DNA from: Octopus sinensis
Lineage: Eukaryota
Reading direction: 5' to 3'
Assembly (NCBI RefSeq): GCF_006345805.1
Contig: NC_043005.1
Coordinates: 15,438,001-15,502,000, forward strand
Length of the DNA stretch: 64,000 nt
Positions 42,034-55,248 of the stretch are shown one piece after another; within the stretch, counting starts at the first letter, position 1, and each line of letters begins with the position of its first letter. The notes below the pieces were generated by a model. That model saw nothing but the letters and a program-made list of their open reading frames with translations. It had not been told where the DNA came from and searched no databases. The position numbers and the translations under genes were made by a program.

Positions 42034-44665
42034 TTCTCTTCTTCTTCTTCTTAGTTCTTCTTTCTCTTCTTCTTCTTCTTCTTCTTCTTCTTCTTCTTCT
42101 TCTTTTCTTCTTCTTCTTCTTCATGTTTATTAGGTGGTATGATTTCTTGTTTGTATTTGTCAGCTTCCTTAAATACTGAGAACAGTTTTTTGTTTTGCTC
42201 GTGTTTTGCTGCTATCTGGATCAGTTTTCCTTCCTCTGAAGTATAGATATTTTTGCAGTCCTATGGTGGTTATTTTATAGTAGTTTTCCAGCTGTATAAG
42301 GCCTCTACCACCTTCTATACGTTGTATATATAGTCTTTCTATGTCAGATTTTGGGTGATGCATCCTAGATCCTGTCAGTATTTTTCTTGTTTTCCTATCT
42401 ATTTGGACAGTTCATTTCGTGTCCAGTTAAGGATATTGTAGCTGTAACTTATAACTGGGACAGCTAAAGTGTTGATACCTATTATCTGTTTTTAGCATTG
42501 AGCTCTGTTTTTTAGTATTGATCTAACTCGTCTATATATCTTTTTTTATTTCTCTTTCATTTGTGTGTGTTGTGTCTTATCTAGTTCATGGATTCCTAAG
42601 TATTTGTAAGTTTGGCTTTGGTCTAATTCTTTTATTTCATTGGTTTTATCTAGTGTGATGTTGTTACTCTTAACTACTTTTCCTCTTTTCATGGTTACTT
42701 TGGCGCATTTTTCTAATCCAAATTTCATATCTTTTCTTTGGTAAATCCATGAACTGTCTTTAATAGTGTTCCAGCTGTTTGTCATTTGCAGCGTATAGTT
42801 TTAGGTCATCCATTATAAAAGGTGGCTGATCGTTTTGCCGTAACATTTATATCCGCATCCAGTTCTATTTAGCATATCAGATAGGGTGACAGTGCCAAGC
42901 AGAAAAGGAGTGGAGAGAGCGTGTCTCCCTGGAATATTCCTCTTCTAATGGGGATGTCTTTGGTTTCATGAGTCCCTCTTTTGTTGGAGGTGTAGGTACT
43001 GTTTGCCATTTATTCATAGAGTGCTCTATGAATTTTATGATTGTTGGTGCTACTTTGTTAATGGCTAGTGTTTCGAGGATCCATGTGTGGGGGATGCTAT
43101 CAAACGCCTTTTGTAGTCAATCCAGGCCATACTGAGGCCTTTCTTCTTTCTGTGGCTGTCTTCAGTTATGGCTTTATTAATCATTAGTTGATCTTACAGC
43201 CTATGAGCCTTTGCGGCATCCTTTCTGCTCTTCTGGGAACAGTTTGTTTTCGTCCAGGTGCTTGTTCAGCCTTTGCGATATCACTGCAGTAAATGCCTTG
43301 AACATAGTAGGGAGGCAGGTTATTGGTCTGTAGTTTCTGGTTTTGCTGTTTCATTTGATTTGGGAATTAAGATGGTTTTCCCCTTCGTGAGCCATTCAGG
43401 CATTGTCTCTGGCTCTGCTAGTATGGTGTTAAAGTTTTCAGCCAGCTTTTTGTGCATTCCTGTTAGATATTTCAACCAGAAGTTGGGGATCTTGTCATGC
43501 CCAGGTGCCTTCCAGTTGCTTAGTTTTTGCAGTGCCTGGGTGACCTCTTCAGTTGTTATGGGGGTCCAAAGTTGTTCAGATGCCGAGTTTGTTATTTTGA
43601 TACTCCTTTTTTTTGGCTGTTCGTTCGCCGACCATATTTCTCTCCAGAATTCTTCCAATTCTTCTGCCGTTGGTGCTGCAGTGACTTCTATTTTATTTTT
43701 GCCCAGTTCTTGGTAGAACTTTTTGGGGTTGGAGTGAACTTGTTTTGTTCAAAGAAGCGTTGGCGTTTCTCGTACCGGCGGATCCTTTGAGCTTGGCAAG
43801 GATATCTTGCTTCAGCTTTTCTTTTATCTCCGGCAAATTTTTTCTGTGTGATGTTATATTTGCGGGAGTATTTTTGTTCTCTTTTGTTGCTCAGTAGCGT
43901 TGATTGTTTGCTGATTTCATTAAGAATCGACAGGTCTTTTCTAATTTTTTAAATTTGTTTTGGATGTCATTTATCCACAGGGTTTGTTTTGGGTGGTGGT
44001 ACTCCTGTTTGGGCGGGTTTGGGTGAGTATCCAGCTTCTTTTGTGGCTGAAGTGGCTGCTGGCGATATTAAGCCATTTAGCTCAGTGATATACTTTTTTT
44101 TGTTTCAGTGGCTATTAGTTCAGTGACGGCTAGGTTTATGGTTTATAATTGGTGTTGTTATTTCGTTTATTTTGATTTGGGAGGATGGTCGGTGGTCCAT
44201 TTTGAGCTCTGTGGTTTTCAGCTCTTTGATTATTTTATTTTTTATATTATCATAATCATTAGGCACCCTTCGTTGTTTACATCGTGTTTGTTGGGAATGT
44301 TGCGGTTGTCTTCGTGTTTACAGTTTCAGTGTTTATATTATGGGCATTGTTGTGTGGCTTCTATCTACATTTCCTGGTGTATTTTTCTTTTAAATGTTCT
44401 ATTTCTATTTCTGATATTTTTTTGGCTTGAGAATGTATCTTCGTACGTTAGCTAATTTATTAGGGTTCATTGCTGTATCCAAGTCTATATCTCTTTTTTT
44501 CCTTCATATTTTATATGTATGTGTTGTTGTATTTTCATTTTTTTTTGGGTTAAAGCATTGCTGTGAAGTATGCGTGTAAGATAGAAATGTATTCTTCACG
44601 TGTCCATTTACGTCTTTTGGGTTTTATTTGCGGGACATGAGGTACAACGTCCGACCCATTATTTT
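41023..44665 (-). mobile_element. R4/Dong-clade RLE non-LTR retrotransposon, near full-length ORF with many frameshifts, bounded by (TAA)n
   Basis: N-terminal RRKWTREE Myb-like motif; RT KAPGHDKI and YxDD region; CRICGDGQETINHIISSC knuckle; RPDIVV...LIDVSIP...EKLSKY RLE motif. Confidence 0.9.
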
Positions 44666-44673
44666 GACGGTCG

Positions 44674-44794
<121 letters not shown>

Positions 44795-45251
44795 GAGTGA
44801 GAGAGCAGTGCATGCCATCAAAGTGACACGGGTAAAATATACGAAGCCCAGTATACCCATCATGACTACCCGTCTGATAAGGGTACAACACGCACATACA
44901 TCACAACCATATGTGCACAACATGGTGATCTCATATCAAGATAAACAGCACATGTCCTTGCAGGTGGGGCCCAGTTAGAATTTTCTTCTGGCTGAATAGC
45001 CCATCTCGCTCAAAAGGTCCCTGAATAAGGGTTGTTTAAGGAGGTTGAACGAAACACCCATGTTTCCAGAGGTGAATTATTCAAACCCCAAAGAAACCCT
45101 CTCAACACATGGCTAGGATGCTCCCTCACTACTTCTACTCGTGATCAAAGATGCACATATCGTCAGCCACTAAGGGACATGCTCATCTGGTTAAGGCCAA
45201 ACAACTGACAAGCAAATCTGTGGTATTAAACAGAATATTTTGCTGTAGCCC
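44795..45251. mobile_element. Unclassified ~457-bp interspersed element between two (TTA)n tracts
   Basis: Complex non-coding sequence bounded precisely by TTA repeats; recalled as a common octopus repeat but not verified. Confidence 0.5.
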
Positions 45252-45277
45252 ATTATTATTATTATATTATTATTAGT

Positions 45278-45311
<34 letters not shown>

Positions 45312-45377
45312 ATATTATTACTATTATTATTATTAATATTATTATTATTATTATCATTATTATTATTCTTATTATTA

Positions 45378-45408
<31 letters not shown>

Positions 45409-45447
45409 TTATATATTATTATTATTTATTATTATTATTATTATATT

Positions 45448-46343
45448 CAGTAGTTTTATTTTTATAGCGTGCTTTCACTTCACTACCGAGCGCAGCTCTG
45501 TGTGCCTTGGGTATATGATGTGGTTTGTTGTGAAGCTCTTACGGTTACTGTATTGAAAGTATTTTGCGTAGGACGAGTACAGTGCCCAGTAGTGCAATTT
45601 TCTGTATGTTACATATATTTGTAAGTCCTGGTGTTTTTGTTATGTATTTGTCTGAATATTTTTTTATCATACCTAATGCGCCTACTATGATAGGAATTGT
45701 TTCTGTTTTTAGATTCCACATTCGAGTTACCTCTATTTCCAGGTCTTTGTATTTTGAAAGTTTTTCCATTTCTTTTAGAGACACGTTGTCATCAGTTACT
45801 TGTTATGTTTCTTTTCATTATATGTTTTTGGTAATTTCTGGTGGGGAGGCTTTGGTCTTGTGCTGCAATTAAAAATCCCTCTGTCTCTGCTTTGAGTCCT
45901 GAGCTTCTCAACCATTGCTGGGATTTTTCTTTGTCTATTTCTTTTGCGTTTAGTTTAGTCCAGTATTTACCATGAAGGGGCTTTTCTTGCCATCGTTTTA
46001 TCATGGTTCGTTGCTGTTCTATTTTTAGTTTGGATTTCATTTGTTTTATAGTTTTTGTTGTTTCTTCATCTTCTTCTTCTTCTTTTTCATATTTATTAGG
46101 TGGTATGATTTCTTGTTTGTATTTGTCAGCTTCCTTAAGTACTGAGAACAGTTTTTTTATTTTGCTCATGTTTTGCGGTTATTTGTATCAGTTTTCCTTG
46201 CTTCTGAAGTAGGTATTTTTGCTTTCCTATGGCGCTTATTTTATAATAGTTTTCCTGCTGTATAAGGCTTCTACCGCCTTCTATACGTTGTATATATAGC
46301 CTTTCTATGTCAGATTTTGGGTGGTGCATCCTAGATCCTGTCA
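45448..46343 (-). mobile_element. Second, 5'-truncated R4/Dong copy with ~320-bp internal deletion
   Basis: Same 3' end (cagtagttttatttttatagcgtg) as 41023; lacks the segment equivalent to about 41368-41691; TTA repeats on both sides. Confidence 0.9.
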
Positions 46344-47039
46344 TTTATTATTATTATTAATATTATTATTATTATAATTCATTGCGGGCACATAAATGTT
46401 TTGTTTACAAATCTGCTAAAACGATTTTACAGGCAGGAAAAGAGATCATAGCAAAAATATTCTCATACAAGATAAATTCTTACAGTTTGGAGTTTGCTCT
46501 TACAGTTATTGACAAAAGAAATAATGTAGTTTGTGCTTACTTTTGAATAAAATTTTATTTATTTCCCGTCTATGTCAGAAAAAAAATGGCCACAAACATT
46601 TCACACAGCGCTCTCCAAGAAAAAAGCTGAAAATGCTCTAAATAATACATTTCACACGCCACAGAAAACAAAACAAAAATAATTCTATTTTTATTGGTAC
46701 GGAAAGCGTTAATAGTAAACACAAAATGTAAGAAAACGCAGATAATTTAACTACTTTGCATAAAACCCTATCAACATCAATAGTATATATGCACGTATGG
46801 CTTCAAGTGTAAACACGAACAGCAAATTGTCTTTTGCTACTGTTCTTTTGAACAGGAAAATTGCTAATATGAAACATTTTGCTGAAAGATCTGGAGCCAT
46901 CCTCCTACAATTAATTACAGAGGCCATTGAGAGGAGAAAACGCGTTTCTGAATTGCCAATCATGCGTTAGTGCTAGCTCTGGAAGATATTTTGAATGGAA
47001 CACGTATCCTACACGGAGAAAGAGTGGATTTGCCGCTAT

Positions 47040-47131
47040 ATACTCTCTTTACTCTTTTACTCTTTTACTTGTTTCAGTCATTTGACTGCAGCCATGCTGG
47101 AGCACCGCCTTTAGTCGAGCAAATCGACCCC
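47040..47131 (-). mobile_element. 5'-truncated SINE family B tail abutting the last USP37-like exon
   Basis: ggggtcgatttgctcgactaaaggcggtgctccagcatggc...gtaaaagag on the minus strand; no TSD seen. Confidence 0.8.
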
Positions 47132-47132
47132 T

Positions 47133-47236
47133 TTAGTTTTTAGTATTTTCAATTTCTTCTTTTGACCGTTTCAATGTTTCAACAGAAACCCCAAATTCTG
47201 CAGGAGAGGGCTGAAGTTCATCATCATTATTTAAAT
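47133..47236 (-). CDS. USP37: USP37-like last visible exon (DLNNDDELQPSPAEFGVSVETLKRSKEEIENTKN*)
   Basis: cttgttcctAG acceptor; phase 1 matches the previous exon; acidic linker like the region preceding the His box; ends in TAA at the SINE junction. Confidence 0.6.
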
Positions 47237-47966
47237 CTAGGAACAAGAATAATGATCTTCAGTTTTTTTTTCTTCTTTTTTTTTGCATATTATAACACAA
47301 AAAGACAAATTTGAGTAAAGATTTCTATTAGTGAATGACCCTCTGCCTATCTCCTCTCCTTGATTGGTTATTATTTTTTATCAAATCTAGAGAGACAAAG
47401 GCAGAACTTGAGCTTCTGAATCCAAAAAAGTAAGAGTGTAACAATATCACAAAGTATAAACATGCATGTATGTACGTGTGTTTTATATCTTCTACTAAGG
47501 TATGCTAGTGAGAGATGCTAACAGTAGCATGCACGCACACACACTACACAAAAATAAAAAAAGCACTTCAAAGTCTGCCAAGTTATAAATGCCACCCCAG
47601 CATCGTTTAACATCTGCTTCCCATGCTAGCATGGGTTAGACAGTTTGACTGAGGTCTGGCGAACCAGATCGCTGCACCAGACTCCAAACTGATCTGGCAG
47701 TTTCTACAGCTGGATGCCCTTCCTAACGCCAACCACTCTGAGAGAGTAGTGGGTAGTTTTACGTGCCACCAGCACGAGGGACAGTCAGGCAGTACTGGCA
47801 ACGGCCACGTTCGAATGTTCAGAAATACAAGAAACCAGTGATTGATCCATTACAAACTCTAACCAACGATGTTATCATCCACAAATTGTGACATAAATAA
47901 AATAACATGCCACAACCTTTTAAAGCTACAAAGTTTCCGTTCCACTACCTTACTGTGTACGTGTGC

Positions 47967-48028
<62 letters not shown>

Positions 48029-48089
48029 GTTTATATATTTGTTTTGCAAGATTCTTGATGTGAAATCGTGTGTTGAAACAGATGTTGTA

Positions 48090-48182
48090 GTATTTAGGAA
48101 TGGTCATGTTGCCAGTTTAGCCAATAAAAATAGTGCATGTGTTTTTATTGGCTAAACTGGCAACATGACCATTCCTAAATAC
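48090..48182. repeat. Perfect hairpin, 41-bp arms, 11-nt loop
   Basis: 48090-48130 is the reverse complement of 48142-48182. Confidence 0.9.
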
Positions 48183-48799
48183 AACATATATATATATATA
48201 GCTTGTCTTTTTAAGGTCCACTTTTCCATGCACACATGGGTCAGACAGAATTCACTGAGGTGGATCTCGTACAGCTGGACACCCATCCTGTTGCCAACCT
48301 TCGCTGTTCTCAAGTGATGTAATATTTCCAAATGACCAGGCATGTTTTCATAGAAGATTGGCAATGAAGGACATCACCTGCATGACAGTGACACTTGTTT
48401 ACAACTATCATGATGTCAAGGCAGGAAGACAGTAGCGCACACTCACACACACACATCCATACTATAGACTACATTATTCAATGAACCCTCTGTAATATTC
48501 AGGGAAATTTGGTTTGCAGTTGCTAGGTCAAGCAACCTTGTAAAGGCTCAAATGTGATGTGTGTGTGTGAAGATATGTATTGACACTACACACTGAAAGG
48601 GTTAGCTATATAATGCTGCTAGATATGATTATTTGCATGATTTACTGCTGGAGTGAATTGACATAAAAGGGAGTAAAAGGAGAATGGTAACACCATCCTA
48701 CTTCATCTATGCTCAATAAAAAAATTTAAAATGTTAGTGATGGTGAAAAGAGTGAAATCCAATATCTCAGCAAATAAGATCAATACAAACTTTACTCAC

Positions 48800-48857
48800 C
48801 ATAAAGACTCATAGCTTTAGCTTTCTTCAGATCTTCCTCTTCTTGGTTAACGCCAAT
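48800..48857 (-). CDS. USP37: USP37-like exon with UIM (IGVNQEEEDLKKAKAMSLY)
   Basis: tttactttAG / GTgagt; UIM consensus EEEDLxxAxxxS. Confidence 0.85.
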
Positions 48858-49362
48858 CTAAAGTAAACAAATATTTTCTTTTTTGTTATAACAAGAAACA
48901 TATTGAGGGATAGAAATACAACATCAGTTTTCATGTATTATATCATCATCATTTAACATCCACTTCCTGGCTGACACATGGGAGCTGTCTGACTACAATC
49001 GTCTGTGGTATGGTTTCTACAGCTGGATGCACTTCCTAATTGTCAACCACTCAACAGTGTGCTGGGTGCTTTATGATTATTATATATAAATAATTATCAT
49101 TTTAACTTCCACTTTTCAGATTTTCTGTAGCTGGATGCTCCTACTGTTACCAAGCAATATAATATTTTCCCATAGCTGGACATGTTTTCACAGAGATTGG
49201 AAATGAAGGAAACCGCTGACACTGCTTGTATTACAATCCTATGACATCAGACAAGGAGATTCTCTCTCTCTCTCTCTCTCACAACATTTGGGCTTCCCTC
49301 AGTTTCCATCTACCAAATCCACTCACAAGGCTTTGGTTGCCCTGAGAGCTATAGGGGAAGAT

Positions 49363-49584
49363 AAAGGCGGGGAGCTGGCAGAACCGTTAGCACGCAGGGC
49401 GAAATGCGTAGCCGTATTTCGTCTGCCGTTATGTTCTGAGTTCAAATTCCGCCGAGGTCAACTTTGCCTTTCATCCTTTCGGGGGTCAATAAATTAAGTA
49501 CCAGTTACGCACTGGGGTCGATATAATCGACTTAATCCGCTTGTCTGTCCCCTCTGTGTTTAGCCCCTTGTGGGTAGTAAAGAA
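49363..49584 (+). mobile_element. Young SINE family A nested in a family B copy
   Basis: CpGs intact; TSD tatag(g/t)ggaagata. Confidence 0.85.
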
Positions 49585-50094
49585 ATATATAGTGGAAGAT
49601 ACTTGCCGAAGGTGCCACTCAGTGGGACTGAGGTCAAGATTACATAATTACAAAAGGAAGTTTCCTAACCACAGAAAAGATATTTTGAGTTGAGGAACAA
49701 ATTGCATATGCTTTATATATAGGATCGTGTACAAGTATTTATCTTGTGAAATTATGTTATCATCAACTTGGTAATAAGATTTGTATAGATATTTTCACTT
49801 AAATATAATCACATATAGCATCATATATTGGTAATCTGTAACTACAGAAAATTTGTTGAGCAAATTGCTAAAACAGGTTAAACAGATGCGAGTTAAATCT
49901 TCTGGAGAGGGTGCTAGTCTACTGTGCTGACACACATATGAACATTTGTAACTTTCCACAAGAACATTTTAAAGTTGCATATTTCCACATTTTGCACCAA
50001 CCCAGCTGGCAACAATAAAGAACTACAAAGAAAGTTAAGCAATCTACCTCAAGATCCACAACAGGTATGTTTTTGCCGTTGGTTTGCCACTAAC

Positions 50095-50198
50095 TTCACC
50101 ATTTTCATGAGGACCGTTTACTAGAACCGGGATCAAACTTGAATCTGTCTTGCCGTTTTGTGTAGGTTGTTGATTCTCTTTGTTTTCTGCATCATAAC
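50095..50198 (-). CDS. USP37: USP37-like linker exon (YDAENKENQQPTQNGKTDSSLIPVLVNGPHENGE); 3' boundary uncertain
   Basis: Acceptor at 50200-50199, phase 1 start; phase-0 donor GTtagt at 50094, or GTagat at 50047 if a base is missing. Confidence 0.6.
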
Positions 50199-51454
50199 CT
50201 TTATTAATAAAAAAATAAAAAATTATAGGAAAACAATGGAGGTGGAAATTCATAAGTATTTTGTAATGAGGATAATATATACCAACTCACACTTGTATGT
50301 GTGTGTGTGTATATATATATTATATATATATATATATATTATAATAATAATATAATATATACATGTATTATAATAATATAAATATATATGCATATTTGGG
50401 TACAAAATGAAATACAAAAACAAATGATTTAAATACACAAATAACGAGAGAGAGAGAAAAGGACAAGTAATACAAAGAATGTCTTCAAAGACAGTTGCTC
50501 CCATAAATACCAAAATAAATGAACGAGGGGAAAATAGTGAATGCTGAAATATTTTCTTTGAAAAGAGAAAAGATAGAAAAGAAAGATATAGGTGACATCC
50601 AGTCCTTAGAATGTCCATACAAGAAAGAAAAGAAAGATGGACGATGGTCACATGCGAGCAACAAGCAAAGAAAAAGAGAAAGAGGTGGAGAGAGAGAGAC
50701 AGATAGAAAACGGTGATGGGGAAAAAAGGGGAATTAGAGAAGATAGGGGAGACAACAGTATAGAATAAAGTTGCATCAAAAAGGTTAAGATAAAATTACT
50801 TGGAAAATGATGCATGGTGTTAAATAATAATATAAATAATATGAAGAACAGCTCTTTCGAGAGGTTACACTTTCCGCTTATGATGTTGAGGAGGCAATTA
50901 GTCAAATTGATCCCAATACTTGACTGGTGTTTCTATTTTACTGACCCCACAAGAATGAGAGGCAAAGTTCAGTTCAGCAGGATTTGAACTCAGAACATAA
51001 AGAGTCGGAGCAAATACTATGAAGCATGTTGTTTGATGCTCTACTCGCATTCTGTCAATCCAAAGATATTCGTAGCATTAATCATTCTAATTTTGGCCCA
51101 GGTCAGTAATTTGGAGATAGGAAGGAGTAATTTGAATACATCAACCCCAGTGCCAAACTGGTACTCTTGATGGAATTTCAACTCGGACTATAAAGAACCA
51201 GAAGAAAAGTTACTGTTTCTAATTTAGGTAGAAAGCCACTAATTGGAGGAGACGGGGTTAGTTGATACCTGAAACACCAAAACTTTGTTTTCATCACTAC
51301 CAGAGGGACGAAAGGCAAAATTAGCAAAAACAGGATTTGAACTCAGCATGTAAAATGCTAGGAGAAATAGCATAAGGAATTTTTCTGTTGCACTTCATGA
51401 TTCTACAAATCCACCACTTTTAATGATAATAAATAATTAATAACAACAACTTAC

Positions 51455-51673
51455 AAGACAAAGAATTATTTTCATTCTCTGGTAATACGGAGTTCTCTCC
51501 ATTTACAAACTCTGTGTTAAACATTGACTGGTGTTGTTCTGGCTGCCATTGCACAGCTGAAGTGTTGTGATCTTCAATTTCAGTCTTCAACTGTAAGCTG
51601 TTTTCTATTGCTAACCTCATCCGTTCTTCTTCACTCAAGCTAAACAGATCATCATTACTTAAATACTTCACAC
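51455..51673 (-). CDS. USP37: USP37-like exon with UIM (...LSEEERMRLAIENSL...)
   Basis: ttttcAG / GTaagt; 219 nt, phase 1 to 1; UIM motif. Confidence 0.85.
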
Positions 51674-53445
51674 CTGAAAATAAACAAATTGAGAGGTAAT
51701 TGAATGTTTTGACTGGTAGTTATTTTGGGAACATATTTATGCATGTAATCTAAATGTACATTGGGAGGGGGAAAAAAATATTAGTCAATGATTGTTTTAA
51801 TCTTTCCTGACATGTTCTGGTATTATTCTGACTACATCAGCTCATCATCATCATCGTTTAACGTCTGTTTTCCATGCTAGCATGGGTTGGACGGTTCAAC
51901 TGGGGTCTGGGAAACCTGAAGGCTGCACCAGGCCCAGTCTGATCTGGCAATGTTTCTACAGCTGGATGCCCTTCCTAACGCCAACTACTCCGTGAGTGTA
52001 GTGGGTGCTTTTTTATGTGCCAGACGAGGCTGCAATGGCCACGATCGGATGATGCTTTTTATGTGCCACCGGCACGGAGGCCAGTCGGGGCGATCCTTCA
52101 TGTCATCCACCCTTTTAGTTGTTTCTTACAACATATAGAGACAGTGCACTTTTTCCTAATACTGGGATCAACGTGAAAAGTAATAGTAAAATTAATGTTT
52201 CACTTTTATTGCCTGACGAATTTACAAGCTAACTGGAAATAAACTATATGCTCAAGAAAAAAAAAAATGATATTTATCAATAACTAATGTTATTTTCGTT
52301 TTTCTATCATGCATAGGAAATAACTGGAGATTTCTCTGGCTTTATTCTGACCTCATCAGTGAACAGACTTCATTGAAGTTACTGAATAGTGATGCATGAA
52401 GCATAATGATAGTAAATTATTATAAAAATATACTGTTTCCCTTCCTTACTAGAAAAATGAAAAATACTATTAGTAATCAATCAATATTTGTTTCCACCGC
52501 TTAATTATTTCTAATTGAAAGTGTAAAATATAGGGAAAGCTATGATGGTCTATATCAACAAACAGAAAATCTATAAAATGTTTGCAAAGCAGAATAAAAT
52601 ATTTGCTGTAGGAAGAGAAGAAATCTAACATTTAGGATTATGAGTCTTTGCCGGTGAGTTATTTTTAGTTTGATAGCTTATTTACATGCTTTAAATCAGA
52701 CATGGGTAACATTTTATGGATTCTATCAACACTAACATAACTATAGATTTCCATACAGATGTCATCTCTGAATTATATATTCATGCACTGTTTTTAATTG
52801 AAACAATTTATAGCAGTGAACATAGATTTAATAATATTGCTTTAAATATTTCTTTCATTCATACTATTCATCATCATCTTTTAAAGATGGAATTTGTGGC
52901 AGCAAATTCTTTTTCTTTGCAGCTCGATGTCCTTCCTGTTGCCAACCTTTACTCGTTTCCAACAAAGGCAATATTTCACCATGAAAGACAAGAAATTAAT
53001 AACATTGCCTGTATGATAGTGATGTGCAATTTAAAATCATTCAAATGATGTCAAGACAAAGGTAAACAAAAACATACTGTTTTTTTTTCGATTTCTGCCT
53101 GTCAAATCCACTCACAAGATACTTGCCCAACGTGTCATGCAGTGGGACTGACAAGACCACATGGTTGAGAAGCAAGCCCTTAACCACACAGCCATGCCTA
53201 CATATATTATTCATCAAATGAAATAAATGAAAAACAGGACACAAAGGATGTTGTGGTACATATGTTTCGGGCTATACAGGTGCTTACATTTATCAAGTAT
53301 TCACCCTGAATTTATATTATTCATCATGTAGAATAATTTTCTTCAGCTCTTTAGTTCTACTCTGGAACTGTTTTGGAGGTATTTTTACAAAATGTTTCAC
53401 CATCAAGCTTAATATGTAATAGTTGTCTCCGTTTTCCAGACTTAC

Positions 53446-53506
53446 CATTTTCCACGGGTTTTGTCTCTGAAGAATTATCTTCAGGTGTACTGCAGCAATC
53501 TGGTAA
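53446..53506 (-). CDS. USP37: USP37-like linker exon (LPDCCSTPEDNSSETKPVEN)
   Basis: gatttcAG / GTaagt; phase 0 to 1 bridges the flanking exons. Confidence 0.7.
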
Positions 53507-53975
53507 CTGAAATCAAATTAGAAATATTATAGAAATAAGGATATTTTGTAATGTGGCTTACATGCATAAACATTAAGGTGTTCAATACACATTAGTGGAG
53601 TATTTTAGTTGGGTTTCCTCCACAAAGTTCACTGGAAATCCAATTTTCACATGTGTAGTGTGACAAGCTCTGAAAGAATTTCACTGAAAGTTTAAGACTT
53701 ATTAACTCTCTTTATCCTGGCTTAACCAGTCTGACAATAACATGGTCCAAACAGTGGCCAGTAATATAAGAACCTGAAGAAGTAATTGGCAGGACCCCCA
53801 CTAATGGTATTGCTCTCCTTAACACACCATAACTCCTGATCAACAATGCAAAGTTGACTCCAGCAAGATCTGAACTCAGGATAATTGATAGTTGAAAATA
53901 TATATATATATATGCCTGTATTTTGAAAGGCCAGCCTTGTCATGTTGATCTCCTTCAGAACTACGTTAAGGGAAC

Positions 53976-54016
<41 letters not shown>

Positions 54017-55248
54017 CACTTGCATATTGATTTCACAAGTAGGCTGATCCATTGATCGGATCAACTGGAACACTTGTCATCATAACTGTCGGAGTGCCTT
54101 ATATATTACACTAAATACAGAGAAGACTTAGCCATTCTAAAATACACAAAATCTGTTACTTTCACTTTAATTTCATTCATTATTTGATGTCAAAATTTCT
54201 GTTGCATAACTATGACCTGGTCATTGACACAGTTTCATTGCAGAGGAGCCGCATGAAGTTAACAGACTGTGTGTTTTTGAATGGCCAACTTAAGCCTTCC
54301 ATGCTGTAATTGCTTGAGCTTCAACACACAATCCGAGATCAAATCACTTGCTTGTGTGATTGTGAGTAAGAAAATTTCATATTCCAATCCAAACACACTC
54401 CTTGCCATTAAACTGAAAAATGGCCAATAAATGTTTTTATGCATATAGATAATTTAGGCATTATAGAATTAAAATAGTCATCACATACTTCAAGAATATA
54501 AACTACTTACCAATTTGGAATTTTGCCCAAATTCCAAATCATTGAAGAAAGAAAGATCTTGACTTTTAGTTGATTCCTAGAAATATATAATTTCAAAATT
54601 AACATTTTCAGTTAAGCTGTAGACATGCAATGCATGTAAGTGCTGATTAAAACTGCAATTAATGCGACTAATTCTCATATTACCACAGTAATCCATCTTT
54701 AACTTTTAGTTGTTGAGTTGTGCTTTAAATATTCTTAGCTGAGGCTATTTACTTCATTAATGTTATCAATGCCTTTAAGTACGACCAGAAATATGCTACA
54801 ACTTCCCACACTCAAAGTTTCTGGATTTTCTTCTGGTAAAGAACCTTTGATTTTTTCATGTATTTTAAACCTTTTAAATCAATATAACCAACATGGCAGA
54901 TAACCCACACATCAAGTCAATGAAGAAAGTTTGTATTTGATTGCTTAACTTGTGAGAAATAGCAATCAAGTCTTCCAAAACATTACATGCCATTACCTCA
55001 AAAGAGGAGACAGGGGAATGCCATTCTTGATATTTGGTGTCCAAGTGAAAGACCTGATGACCGTGGCTGGAAGAGCAACTTTGATCAGAGTTCTGCTCAG
55101 TTATGACTGATTTGGAGATGAAACAGTAATATGCCATGCTTCAAGCAATTGGCCATTTGTTATAACATCTGAGCCTCCTTTTTTCCACTGAGCATTCAGA
55201 TGTAGATTTGCAGAACCAGAGGAATTTTGGATAAAATACATTTATACT

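Noticed and set aside
41023-44665. Frameshifts as proof that the R4/Dong copy is ancient
   Set aside because: Many are single-base indels in a window that shows other signs of long-read error; age cannot be inferred without accurate reads.
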